DNA of 58,663 nucleotides, filler included, from Dugesia japonica (GCA_001938525.1; 5 parts of 5 records of this genome joined end to end with filler, not necessarily neighbours in it); one strand, 5' to 3'; positions 13,160-26,316 are shown, numbered from the whole stretch's first letter. The notes: generated by a model from the letters alone, not told the origin. Made by a program: numbers and translations.

Positions 13160-13945
13160 TTTATAAGACAGTTTAAAGAATTTCTGTTTTTATCTTGATG
13201 CCGAATACGGTGACGTAGTTTATCATAGTGAGGTTCAATGGTTAGGTAAAGCCAAGGTTTTNNNNNNNNNNNNNNNNNNNNNNNNNNNNNNNNNNNNNNN
13301 NNNNNNNNNNNNNNNNNNNNNNNNNNNNNNNNNNNNNNNNNNNNNNNNNNNNNNNNNNNNNNNNNNNNNTTAGTTGATATTATAAACCATATTTCATCTT
13401 TAAATATGAATATTCAAGGTAAAATTTAATTATCTCCCTGTTTATCACGAATATTAAATATTTTATATCAAAACTGTCATTTTTCTCAATGTTTAATAGT
13501 GGAAGCTAAATTTCCGCCCAAGAAATTAACAATTTGTAGAAAGAATTTGACGAGAGATTTGCAGAATTTCTCGCCAAGGAAAATGGAACTCGTATTTTTA
13601 CATCACCTTTCTCTGTAGAAATATAAAATGTATCCAAAGAATTGCAAATGGAAATTTTGGATTTACAATCTAATTCTTATTTTAAGGATATGTTTCGAGA
13701 AACTGCTTTGGTGGAGTTTTATCAGAAATATGTTATAAATGATAAGTTTCCTAATCTAAGCAATTTTGTTTCTGGAGTTCTTTAACTATTCGTAACAACA
13801 TATTTATGCGAGCAGTTTATTTTGATAAATTTAGCAAAAACAGAAGTACGTTAACCGATCCGCAGTTAAAAATTCTTTACGATTAGCTGCTTCGAACATT
13901 AGTCCCGATATTGATAGCATTATGAAAATGCATAAATCTCATTAA
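13160..13945 (+). mobile_element. hAT transposase remnant (GTF2IRD2/SPIN-like)
   Basis: RQFKEFL, DAEYGDVVYHSEVQWLG, ELQMEILDLQS, FPNL, TTYLCEQF and RLAASNISPDI. Confidence 0.85.
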
Positions 13946-15233
13946 ATTCCTAAAATATCAAATATATTTTTGATTTCATTAAATTAAAGGCTTCGATCAA
14001 AATATTTAAATATCAAAATTGAACTATTTTTGGATGTTCAGGTTTTCGATCAAAATAATAGAATCAAACAAAGTTTTATCTTGAACCCCATTTAATTATT
14101 TAAAAAATATTATTTGTTAAGTAGTTTGGTATTATACATTTATACATAGTTTTGTCATTTATTGTATACGATTTAGTAAATTAAGTTAAGCTTCATCTGT
14201 TTAATTGATTTTACAGATATATTGAAAAAGTTTCTTCTGAAATATATTTTCCTCATAGCTTATTACTTTTTATTAATTGTAATTTTTTTTCGTTCTTGCT
14301 ATAAACAAAAACAATGTTTTAATAAAATCATTTATATGGAATCTGGTTTTGTCTTATTATTAAATTGACATTAAAAAATGTTAACTACTTGTTTAATTAA
14401 TTATTTGATTTCATTGTATTTTTTCATTGAAACATTAAATATGCAAATTGCGTAACTTTGATGTGTTAATTTTATCCGTCTTATGTGATATTGGTATTCA
14501 ATTTTTGATTTTTATTTGATATTAAATAATATAAAAAAGTAATTAGAGATTTAATCGTTTAAAATATCTTAATAAATTTTTATATTTCAATACCGATCTC
14601 TGATTCTCTTTGAAATCTCGAGGACTGCTTCATAAATGACAGATTAAAATATTTAATTACTATTTTTAATAACCAGTTGAAATTAGTATATGGTTCCTTG
14701 CCAGACAGGTTATCTTTCAAACCAGAAAATCCTTCCAAGACATTACATCTTGATTTTTCAGCGAGTTACTATAAGAAAAAAACAAAAAGATAAGAAATTA
14801 AGAAGAATATACTCAATGAGAAGATCNNNNNNNNNNAAAAAACTCTAAGTTAGGTCTTCATTCATGCTTCACTGCTCATGACCTTTATTTTATCAAACTC
14901 ATTGTCAATAGAAGAGAGCAATCACATTGATTTAATTATGTTAAATTTGTTAAGAGAGAAATATATCTTGCATTTTAGATATTTATATTTCGATTCATAA
15001 CAATAACACAATTACAGCGATGGAGAAGCAACGAAAATATTTTTACTGTTATGGTTCGTCACAACATGAGGAGTTTATCTAGAGTTGAGGTACTGGAAAT
15101 GTTGATATTGATTTATATCTTCAAGATAAAATATAGAATTATTTTTTCATTAATTATTTAATATCGTTTCTTTTTAATAAATCATAACTATTTTCCATTA
15201 AATATAAAATGAGATTTAATTGTTTATTTTGAT

Positions 15234-15608
15234 CAGTGGTTCCGTAAAAATATGAAAGGGGTGCTGCGAACACTGTTAATTTTATTACTGAAAATTTATT
15301 AATTTCTTATTAAATTGATTGATTGCTAAATTTCTTTATTAAAATATTTAAGACAAAAACTGAACTCAATTGAGAATGAGTTAAGAGTAGGTTTGTCAAA
15401 TACGCGACCTATTATTATAGGTGATATGCAAAAAGTATCAAGCTCAAATTGCACAGTAATATGTTATGAAAAGGTTTTATTATTTTTATTAAGTATTGAA
15501 CTTACAAAACTTGTTATTTTCAAAGCTGAAAACTTATTATAATAAGGTTAAGTTGCTCCAAATTTTCCGTTAAAGCGCCACCATCTAACAAAAGGTTGAG
15601 AACGACTG
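15234..15608 (+). mobile_element. Non-autonomous hAT (Buster-like) element
   Basis: Ends CAGTGGTTC and GAACGACTG. The 8-bp TSD ATTTTGAT/ATTTAGAT matches at 7 of 8 positions. Contains a transposase C-terminal remnant, ENELRVGLSNTRP. Confidence 0.75.
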
Positions 15609-15740
15609 ATTTAGATTATTATTGTGAGTATTTTTTGTTCTTATTTTATTCTTATTCTCAAATATTGATATGCATTAAAATGCTATTTTAAAATATTATT
15701 TATTATCTTATTTATATGGTTGATTTATATTTTTATGTAG

Positions 15741-16284
15741 AGTGAATACAACTGTTAAACCTGGTTCATCGCCAATATACTCAGATATGTCTTTATGTAA
15801 CCAAAAAAATAACGAATCTAATGATAACATTTTCTCAGATGATTTGTATTGTGATATAAATGAACAAATTAATTCTCAAAAGCAAAACGATATCGATTTG
15901 AATCATACAGAAATTCCAAAATCTACACAACCTGTAAACATATTTAATGTTACAATGATGAACGATGATGTATATTTTTGTCCAAACGAGCTTGTTGATC
16001 CTGAAGTTGTCAATATATCTGGAAATACTATATCTGATGATATTTATTTAATACCAAATGAAATAGAAAGAAGTGTACAAAATTCACCTAATGAAAATGT
16101 TAATAATGTTGATGATGTTTATTATAATCCGAATGATGAAATGGATTTTCCAGTGCTAAGTAAATTCAAAGAAGACTTGTTAATGAAATGGAATGAAATC
16201 GATGTTGAAAGAGCTTTTCGTGTTGCTCATAACGATGAAATTCTTGCAAGAGAGATTTTAATCGAATTTGTTGCCCCAAAATGA
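15741..16284 (+). CDS. cbl: Terminal exon of a Cbl-family E3 ligase (Tyr-motif tail and UBA domain)
   Basis: Acceptor TTTATGTAG ends at 15740. The C-terminus DVERAFRVAHNDEILAREILIEFV matches the Cbl UBA pattern, and DDxY motifs are repeated upstream. AATAAA at ~16580. Confidence 0.7.
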
Positions 16285-17254
16285 ACTTCTCGAACTTTCA
16301 GTTTATTGAAACGATTAAATCGTGATTTTAAATTGTATTATTTGTAAATGTATAAGTGTTTTCTCCTGCATGTTAGAAATTATAATTATTTTTATATGGA
16401 ATTTTAACGATTATTCAATTTTTTTGGTGCGTTATAATAATTCATATGGATTTTCTATTTTATTGTATTTGTTTTTGAATTTATTGAATATTAATTTAAT
16501 TGTCATTTTGATTTTTATCAAAATGTTTTGCGTCAGCATTTTTATTCTACGCCAAATTTTAAGCACAAATTTTGATTGAAATAAAACAATTAATCGTAAT
16601 TATTTTAATTTGATAAATGTTAAGATACATTTCATATTCTTAAATTTTTGTTTTAAATATGTGAATACTTGAAAGTGCATTTATTATAGTTAAGAATTGA
16701 ATAAAATTATTTTTGACACAATATGAAATAAAATTATTTAAATAAGTTTGATAATTTCTAAAACAAAGGATTTCAAATTTTTTCCTTTAAATCCTAACAT
16801 TAAGACCAATCAATTTTTGAAAATTTTGTTTAAGTCGCAAGTATTGTAGAAAATTGCCTGTTATTTTCTTATTATGCCTTTGCTAATAAGTAATCTGGCG
16901 TACTGATTTAAAAATTTCATCTCTGAATATGCTGTTGCAAGATCTTGGGGTTATTAATTTCGGAATTTGAATTGATCCTTGTTATATTGCTTATGATTTT
17001 AATATTCTAATAATTACAATTTTAATGATATCATTGTAAAGTAATGACCTCTTTTTTTAACAATGTCTCACCTATTTCTAATAAACATAAATGTGGTTGT
17101 TGGTTCGTACGATGTCGAATCCATAAATACAAGTTAAAATGCCAATATTTATTAAAATCCACGTTTCTTCTACAAAATGAATTTGATTAAAGTATATTTT
17201 TAATTTAAAATGTAATATAATTAAAAGTCATTACACAACCNNNNNNNNNNNCCG

Positions 17255-19240
17255 AGGTAGTTTGAAAGTCTTCGGAATGTTGGTTTGAGTCTGTTGACTG
17301 ATACCGTTTTTCTAATTATTTCAATGTAAGTTTCAAATCTGTACTCTTGTGGATGACAAGATATGGTACTTCGTATGGTGATTACAAGCTCGTTGTATTG
17401 GGCGATCGGAGCTATACTTGTTCACAATTTTGTAGAGCTAATGGAATGAAGAGGGTTCTTTTGGTTATATTGGGTGGCTTTGATCTCCCGAGTATTTGAA
17501 TTGAACATTTTCTTTCGTAATGACATTTTCCATGTCTGTGGTTGGAATGATGTCTCCTCGGAGGTGAGTTGATGAGCTGTAGACAAGTTGTTCTCATTAG
17601 ACTTGTTGACCTGTAATCGTTGCAATGGACCTTGTCCTTCATTTAAATGTGTTATGTGTTTGAAAAGCATTTTTCAGGATTCGATGCAGTCTCGATTTCA
17701 CCTTTACATTGAGGATGGTATGATGTTGTGTTGTGGTGATCGATTTTCTATCTTTTGCAAATTTATTTGAATTGATTTGATATAAAAAGTCTTCGTTGAT
17801 CAATAGTTGTGATCTACGGTGGACAAAATCTACTGCTTCACACTTTTTCGAACGCATCTACGATTGCTTTTGACCAAAATTTTTCACAATCTATCATCGT
17901 CAGAATGAGCCGCTTTCTTTAACATTGAAGAACAGTACCGACAATATCCATGCATAACTGTACTNATTTTGGAAGATATTTNAGTGGGGATTGCGTATGA
18001 ACTGTTCATTTTTGTGATAGACATCTATGGCATTGTCTCGTTCATTCTCGAACGTCCGATTTCATCTTTGGTCATATGTAGCGAGCTTGAATGAAATCTG
18101 TTGTTTTCTTGGCCCCTAGGTGCGCAATGTTATGCAATCTGTCAAACTCAGTCTTCTTGTATCGCGTTTGTAGTATTTGTCATGATTCTCTCGATCTTCT
18201 TTATTTTTAGTAATTGATTGAGTGAAGCGTCTGATTGTTGCTCTTTGATCAATTCATCCTTTGGTATTGAAAGACTTTTGGATTCAGAAAGTCTGAATAA
18301 CAAATCAGCTACGACGTTTTTTGATCCTTTCGTTTATTTGAGCTGGAATGAAACCTGGCTGATAAATTCAATATGATGCCATTGCATGTTTGTTGGGTTT
18401 TTTATCGATTGAATATATAGTAGTGATCTGTGAAAATTATGAATTCGTTGCCTTCTAAGTAGTGCTTTAAATTCTTGATGGATAGATAAATAGCTAAGAG
18501 TTCTCTATCAAATGTTGAATATATTTGTTCTGCTTTGTTTAATTTTCTGGAGAAAATGCGAAAGTAGTAAGCATGTCGTTAATTTTGTGATTTAGACTTG
18601 CTCCAACTACGATGTTTGATGCATCTGTTTATGGTATAAACTTTTTGTTANAATCAGGTGGAGTCATATTTGTGATTTCATGCTCGACTGTCCATTGTAG
18701 CTTTCTGTAAGTATTTTTCGACAATACTAACAGATTATGAAGAGGAGCTATTGTTTTAAAGAGATGCAGAGTCAGTCATCCATTCGTAGAATATGACTGC
18801 TCCTAAAACTCTTCTTAGTGACTAAACAGTGGTTGGTGAGAGACAGTTGGTTATCGGTTAAATGATAACCTAGCGATTGAATATAAATCGTAAGTATCAA
18901 TATACGATTTTTTATTGGTTTATATATTGAATCCACGAAAATCAACAGACGTCATTCTGAATTTGCTTTTGGTTTCATGATATTTAGATTTTCTCTCATT
19001 AGAACTTTTCAGTTGTTTTTAAATGAATTTCGTGGTCGCCAATTGATTTAGAGAACATGATAATATCATCAAAGCTTTCTGTGTGGTGAANNNNNNNNNN
19101 NNNNNNNNNNNNNNNNNTTTGTGAGGCATTTTGGAGTCCAAGTGGCATCCTTGTATATTTAAAAAGACCAAAAGGTATAATGATTGCTGTCTTTTGAATA
19201 TCTTCTGGATTGATTGGTATTTGATGGTAATATTTCCTAC
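17255..19240 (-). mobile_element. Ty3/Gypsy pol remnant (RT, RNase H, integrase), a second family
   Basis: YYHQIPINPEDIQKTAIIIPFGLFKYTRMP, TDASNIVVGA, YSTFDRELLAIYLSIK, NVVADL, TTQHHT (integrase) and SPYEVPY (GPY-like). Confidence 0.9.
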
Positions 19241-19637
19241 ACTTGCGTTTGGCTTAAATAATTAGTAACTACTTATAATATATATTTATTTTATTTGATA
19301 AACAACATATAAATACTTTAGGTGTACTCATATATCTAATGGATAATCTTGCGTAAACGGAGTTTTGGTTTCTGATTTTTTCAGCAGATAATCATCATGA
19401 TCTTTCAACCGCTTTTAGGATGCAGATCATTCAATTAACATGATCTCTTTCTCTCATTATATTGCATCAGAAACTCAATACCTTAAGATAATAGCTGAAC
19501 CAAGAGCATTACAAATATGTTCCAAATGTTTTAATTTTTTTGTTGCTAATTTCAACTCACGTTTGAGCTACAAACGTTATTTAGTTGGGTGATTGCGATA
19601 GCTCTTTTATGGGCTAACTCAAATTCAATATCAATTT

Positions 19638-19737
19638 NNNNNNNNNNNNNNNNNNNNNNNNNNNNNNNNNNNNNNNNNNNNTTAATTAATTAANNNNNNN
19701 NNNNNNNNNNNNNNNNNNNNNNNNNNNNNNNNNNNNN
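19638..19737. other. Artificial 100-bp scaffold linker
   Basis: 44 N + TTAATTAATTAA + 44 N. Confidence 0.9.
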
Positions 19738-19745
19738 TTGTTTCT

Positions 19746-20447
19746 CTAGAAATATCTAAGACGACTTTTTAATAATTCTTCATTCTTCAAACTTTCTTTA
19801 AACATGATATCATTGAATGCATCAATATTAGCGAATTTGTTGTTACCGATTAAATGTTGAAATCTTACAATTTCAGATAAATCTGATAAAATAATTTCTG
19901 GTTTTTTCGGTAGATCAGATTCGTCGAAAAATTTCCTAAACTTCACCAGACATCTGTCCTCATGATATATAATCGACCTTAATGAATACCGATTACCACA
20001 AAGATAACAAACAATACTTTGACGAATCATATTGTTATTACTGATATTTATATGGGTATCAATTGGAAAATCTGTTTTATCACCAGCTCCTTTGAATTTA
20101 TTAATAATAACACACTCTTTCTCATGATCTGAAAATCTTTTACAAAAGAACCATTTATTACATGCTGAACAATTGAAATTGGTAAATGTTTCTTGGTTGT
20201 CGATTTGAGTAGTTGATTCGTCGTCAAATTTGAAAAAAAAACAACAGCCTTGATCGATACCGTTTGGAATTTTACTAACGTTTTCTTTAAATTGAACTTC
20301 AAGACTTTTACTTTTTTTATGTAGAATTTTGTTTCGAATTATCGAATTCTTTTTCATTAATGGATAATAAATTAATCTATTTTCATTTGTTTTCAATTCA
20401 GAATTATTGGAACTAGTATTCGGTTTGTAATCACGTAATGCCCGCAT
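19746..20447 (-). CDS. ZNF474-like C2HC zinc-finger protein
   Basis: CSACNKWF..RFSDHEKEC and IVCYLCGNRYSLRSIIYHEDRCLVKF..LPKKP..IDAFN match the ZNF474 zf-C2HC_2 repeat pattern. First ATG at 20447. Confidence 0.7.
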   Translation of the reverse strand: MRALRDYKPNTSSNNSELKTNENRLIYYPLMKKNSIIRNKILHKKSKSLEVQFKENVSKIPNGIDQGCCFFFKFDDESTTQIDNQETFTNFNCSACNKWFFCKRFSDHEKECVIINKFKGAGDKTDFPIDTHINISNNNMIRQSIVCYLCGNRYSLRSIIYHEDRCLVKFRKFFDESDLPKKPEIILSDLSEIVRFQHLIGNNKFANIDAFNDIMFKESLKNEELLKSRLRYF

Positions 20448-20691
20448 TGTTTTGTTTTGTAATTTGAAAAAAAATCTTTCAGTCAATAATAAAATTGACT
20501 TATTATATTTTGTAACTAATATATTTTGTTATTTAAATATAAAGATTTTATTATACTCTTAAAAGTTTAACAATTTTTTAAATCTTTTTTATAATAAAAA
20601 TGTGTGTATCTATGTGTGTGCTTGGTGTGCATTATTTTTTCTACCCTTTTTCTTTAATATAATGACTTATTAAACTTTGGCCCGTATTTTT

Positions 20692-20983
20692 CTGGTCAGA
20701 ATTTTAATACAGTTTTGGTCAGAATTTTAATTAAATTGGTCAGAATTTATATTAAATGGTCAGAATGTATCGGTCAGAATGTATCGGTCAGAATTACAGA
20801 TAGCAGAATACATAATAAATAGTCAAAATTTATATAAAATGGTCCAAATTTAAAATAAATTGGTCATAATATATTCTGACCCTATCATAATTTTATTCTG
20901 ACCGATCTTAATTTTTATTCTGACCATTTATATTTTTATTCTGACCATCAATTTTTAAAATTCTGACCATTTAATTTGTCGCC
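20692..20983. repeat. Foldback element with internally repeated arms
   Basis: Tandem GGTCAGAAT units followed by tandem ATTCTGACC units, which are their reverse complement. Confidence 0.8.
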
Positions 20984-21191
20984 TTAAACCTTTAGTAAAT
21001 TTTTATGTATATCACTCTATTTTACCGTATTTTCTGGTTGATACCGCGTGCGTTATTTATACAAAAAATATAAAAATCGAGAAAATGTGACTGTGCATTA
21101 TACAGAGGAACAAAATTTTATTTAAAAGCGAAGTGTATATTTTATCAATTCGATAAAAGTAGATAGATAGTAGCGCACTGTATCCCCCCCT

Positions 21192-21655
21192 TCAAGGTCA
21201 AATTTTTTCAAGGTCACTGATACAGTATACTTGATTCTGATTGGTCCGTGATCTAGTATACTCAATTATAATTGGTGGAAAATATGAAGGTCAACTTTTC
21301 AAGGTCAAACTGATACAGTATACTCTATTTTGATTGGTCGAAATATTTTCAAGGTCAAAGTGATACAGTATCTTGTGTTTTGATTGGTCAAAGTGTATCA
21401 AGGTCAAAGTGATATAGTTTCCTGCGATCTGATTGGTCGAAGTAGTTCAAGGTCAAAGTGATAAAGTATCTTGCGATCTAATTGGTCAAAGCATTTCAAG
21501 GTCAAAGTGATATAGTATCTTGCGATCTGATTGGTCGAAATGTTTCAAGGTCAAAGTGATACAGTATCCTGTGTTCTGATTTGCCCAAACGTTTCAAAGT
21601 CAAAGTTATATAGTATCGTGCGATCTGATTAGTCGAAATGTTTTAAGGTCATCTG
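21192..21655 (+). promoter_or_regulatory. 49-bp subterminal tandem array containing TCAAGGTCA and TGATTGG (CCAAT) motifs
   Basis: Exact TCAAGGTCA at 21192, 21208, 21299, 21349, 21398, 21447, 21496 and 21545, plus variants. Period is 49-50 bp. The repeat is directly seen; a regulatory role is inferred. Confidence 0.65.
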
Positions 21656-21849
21656 ATAAACTTCAACTAAAAATTCCCCGGGCATACTAAATATTTAAAT
21701 TTCTCTCGCAAAATTAATATTAATATATTTATTTATTTTTTTATTTTGTTTTAATGTATCAAAATTTTTTTTGAAATATATTTGTTTCACTACTTATGAA
21801 AATAAAAAACAATTTTAAAAAAAATATTTATTTGATAACATAATTAACA

Positions 21850-22175
21850 GTCAATATAATGAAATATCTGTTGATTTTTCTAAAACTTCCGAACCTTTAA
21901 TTATCATTATTCCTTCTTCATTCATTGGCGCATCTTCAACAGTTTGTATATCGGCTATTATTTCAACATCCGCTTGAATACTTTCTAAGTTATTCATTAT
22001 TTAAATAATAAATTAATAAAAATATCTTATCTATAACTTTAACAAATGTTTCCTTCATCTCTTCTGTCAATGAAGACAATTCTTCATTCAATTCTGCAAC
22101 ATTTTGTTGATTTTCATGAGAATAATTTATATCAATATATTCAACCATATCATCTATAACTTTATCTATATTCAT
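21850..22175 (-). pseudogene. Small acidic accessory ORF of the element, possibly spliced
   Basis: ORF MNIDKVIDDMVEYID.. followed by a second acidic segment after an AT-rich stretch ending in AG. Confidence 0.35.
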
Positions 22176-22626
22176 TGTTGATTAAAGGAAAAATGTTGAT
22201 TTTGTTTATATTGGCCACTGTTGCAACTTCATCTTCTTTGTTTAACTTGCCTTCTTATTGCAAAAATACATTCCTCGTGCTCATTGTATACTTGCATTTG
22301 AGTTGCATTGTCATTGTTTAACTTGCATTCAAGTTGCACAAGTATGACTCGTAGTTTTTTTCTTCTTGAATTGCATCAGTATTGCATGTTCTTTGTTTAA
22401 ATTTCTTTCTCGAACTTTTAATTTTTAGCCCTAATGAGGACTTATATACTCATAATCAATATTTGTGCTCCTAAAGACGACCGTTACTCGTTCACATATA
22501 TACAATTTTCTTCTTTTTTCTGAATATAAAAATTTTAAATATTATCTAAAATCAAATAATTTCATACTTTGAGATAGATTGGACTGAGAATGATTGAGTT
22601 GAATTGATCTTGATTGAGGAAAAGTA

Positions 22627-25600
22627 TTACAATGAATAATGCCCGTATGGTAAGCTTAAATCTTTCTCTGTCCATACTCGCTTATCATCCTTATTAGACA
22701 GTGCCATATTTTTATTCTTAATACTGTAGAGCTGATGATTTTTCGATGTTATTCGAAATTGCTCTACTGAGACCGTCTCATTATAATTATAACAGTCAAG
22801 GTATGACTGATAACAAATGTCAGTACCTTTTAATGTTATGCCCTTAGCTTTCATTGATTCTTTCTCATTAAGTAGGCTATAACACTTCGGTCTCAAAAAT
22901 ATCCATTCTTGATATTTCTCCTCTTTGCTCTCATCCTTGAACTTGCCAATTACTGAATTTAAACTGTTGCTGTAAAAGGAATGGCTTGTGTTGTAATTGG
23001 ACGTATCTAATAGCTGATCCTTCTTCATTGATCCGGTCAGTTTTTCCAAACTTATGTCTACTACTTCTAAGAAAAAACTATCGGTATCACCGGCTATTAT
23101 ATTTNNNNNNNNNNNNNNNNNNNNNNNNNNNNNNNNNNNNNNNNNNNNNNNNNNNNNNNNNNNNNNNNNNNNNNNNNNNNNNNNNNNNNNNNNNNNNNNN
23201 NNNNNNNNNNNNNNNNNNNNNNNNNNNNNNNNNNNNNNNNNNNNNNNNNNNNNNNNNNNNNNNNNNNNNNNNNNNNNNNNNNNNNNNNNNNNNNATCAAT
23301 TTTTGAGCTGAATTACACAATCTTAAATTCATTCTCTTCTTTAAATTCTCAACTGTTTTACCATACAGCCTATTGTTTAAATATAATTTATTTATAAGAA
23401 TTATTTATAATAATTCTTCTCCAACTCTGATTTACACTCTGATCTTAATTTAGTGTTGACATCTATATATTGTTTGAAAATAGATGCCTGGCTGAACTTA
23501 AAACCTCTATGTACCTTTGTCATTTGTACACCCAATTGCAAATAAATTTGCAGCAAACTCCAGTGTATGACATAATTTTCTTTCGGGTAATGAGTCAGCA
23601 TTAATTTTATCACCTTACTACCTGGAGGACTTTGATGTTCTGCTGCAACAGGTAAATTATTCAGTTTGTCTTGAATTTTTGCTGGTATAACCATATCTAC
23701 TTCTAATGTGTATCCATATGGTAANNNNNNNNNNNNNNNNNNNNNNNNNNNNNNNNNNNNNNNNNNNNNNNNNNNNNNNNNNNNNNNNNNNNNNNNNNNN
23801 NNNNNNNNNNNNNNNNNNNNNNNNNNNNNNNTCGATGTATAATAAATCCGTGTTTTCATTACTAACAACATGGTGTTTATTTACAAATGTTAGCCCACCT
23901 CGTATCCCCTTCAAAAAATGTATACATATCATTATCAGTCAACAATTCAATTGGTTCATTTAATGACATCAATACAGATGCCAAACTCATACCCGGGATG
24001 CCAAAGAATGTTAATGGCTCCAAATTATTGTGTGCCAATGATTTTGTCCTGAACTGTTGAAAGAAATCGGCTAACAAAAACACATCTAATTTCAAATATA
24101 GTAGCAAATAATCCAATAGATTGTTGCATTCTGTTATAGTCCACATTTCCAATGCTTTTTGATAATCCTGCTCATTAACTTCCTCCCATCTTGGTGGCAT
24201 TGTTGTTGTTTCAATCAGAACTCGCAAACTGGTTGCATAATTATAAGGAAATATCCCCTTTGACATTGTTATTCTGCTATCTCTAAATTAATTTGTTGTC
24301 AAAGGTGTCTCTTTTAAGGATTTGACTGCTGCATCCAATGAAGAGTTAATAAATTGATAAGAGTCAATAAATCTGATTGTAATTTCTTTCAGATGTCCAA
24401 TGAGGCATAGGAATTTTTCTGATGTTGTTGGCATGCAGGATATGGTCCAATGAGGAAATTTATTTAATCCATACTTTAATATATGGTGAAGGTCATATCC
24501 TCTCAAATTATGGAAGACTACTGGTAATTGATAGATGATTCGTCTGCTTAAATTGCATTTATTACAGGCGGCTCCTATATACTTACCTGTAAAATGGTCA
24601 TGATCCCGGACTGGATTACTTAAAAGGTTTTTTACACAAATGACATATTGTACTATGTTTAAATTCCATTTCTTGATCCGGGTTCATAATTCGTTTCTTT
24701 TTTCCTTCTTTAATATAATATGGATATACAATATTATTACCAATTTCCTCCACATCCTTTAGAAATTCATATAAGCATTCATTTCCAATAAACTGGCTGT
24801 ATTTGACTTCATTGGTAAAATTATTTACCAACAGCAGTCCAGCTGAAACAGCTAAATGTTTTTGGAAATGCTTTTCATCGCTGGGTAATACCGATTCGAA
24901 ATCAGCATATATAACAAAGGGTGGAGTTATAGTTTTGGAGTAATCTTGAAACTCCAGATTCTTTTCTGTTGGCATCTTGTATAATGTTGTGCCAGTCTGA
25001 ATTTTCTCACAAATTGGCTCATGAGTCTTGTAAGCCGTATTATCCTTGAATCCGTTGAGATAATTCTCGCATCAGATTGCTTGAATTCGAACACCATCCT
25101 TTTTAATATCTCTGTTCATCAATCTATTCAAATTCATTACTGCAGTGTAATGAAATTTGTTGGCATCTTCCAATGACAATAAATTGATTTTTACTCCATC
25201 ACATTTAGACCGATGTATAATGTCTAAATTCGAATGCTTCATTATAACATCATCATCGTCCTCAACTGATTGAGGATTCCATGAAAAACATTAATTGATA
25301 AGCCAAGGTCTTGATTTTCAAATTTTGGTATATTTGTGAGCTTCATTGGCATGTCCCCTTCATCGAATACAAGATCAGACATATTTTGATGCTCGATTCT
25401 GATTTTTTCCAACTTTATCCTTTTTGAGAATTGCTAGGATACTATATATAAAACACATATTATCATTATTCTGTATTTAAGAACGGCTTTTTTATTTTTC
25501 AAGTTTTTTGGTGTTGGAATGTAGCCATGTCCAGATAATCTACTGATATCTGATACCTTTGTGATTTTAAAATTTATTTCCAATATGCGGCTCAGTATCC

Positions 25601-26316
25601 AACTAGATCCGAGCTCGCTTCGTATAGCAATCTTCCATTTAACTGTTTTATTCCATCTTCGAAAAAAGAATTACTCAATGGACTAGCTCGATTTGATAAT
25701 CTACAAGTTTTTGTTACGTCGTCTTTTTCGAATTCAACATTTATTCCGAATTAGATCTTGACATTTTTTAATTCTTCAATAATTTTGAATAACTGCTCAA
25801 TCATGGAGTTTGGTAAAACGATTTCTCTCGTATTCCATCTTGAAACATTCATTTTTAATATCTGGTGACATTTATATAAGTCACTTCCTATTATCACATC
25901 TTCATTGAGGGAGCCACCAGCTTGTGCTTCTTCTTCATCTATAAAACTTTGCATGGCAATATCTTCTTCATCTATTTCATCTATGATTTGAAAATCGGAC
26001 CAATCATCTTCAATTATCTGAGATTCCACCTTTATTTCTCCATCTGAGATAAAATCTTCTTTTCTCTTCTTCGATGGTGGACCATTTATCTCTTTTTCTT
26101 ATATCATCTTCAATAATTGTTTTTTATTTGTTGTAAACTGCCCTGCATGCAACCTATAAAAGTCTAAATATTCACCTATTCCTATAGACATGCATGATGG
26201 ACATATGTAATACTTTTCCTCATAANNNGATTGTGCATAGTATCTCTCCATAGTACTATGACAGTCGCCTTTATGAGTACAATTTGCACAATAATGTTTG
26301 TACATTGTACAACAAT
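22627..26316 (-). pseudogene. polB: Protein-primed DNA polymerase B (EndoVII-domain type), frameshifted
   Basis: Ordered motifs: GSSW, YIPTP..KKAV, CFIYSILA, YADFES, CHLC..DHDHFTGKYIGAACNKCNL, FHNLRGYD, FIDSYQF, KGIFPY, GIRGG, GKFKDE, LRPKCYS, KAKGI, DDKR and PYGHY. Confidence 0.95.

Noticed and set aside
16322-16579. Hydrophobic 85-aa membrane protein
   Set aside because: It starts with GTG and lies in the T-rich 3' UTR between the Cbl-like stop and AATAAA.
21192-21655. CRISPR-like array
   Set aside because: The units are full tandem repeats without unique spacers, the context is eukaryotic and no cas genes are present.
22986-23332. ORFs spanning N runs (also 10014-10214 and 42275-42563)
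   Set aside because: Their length comes from gap characters.
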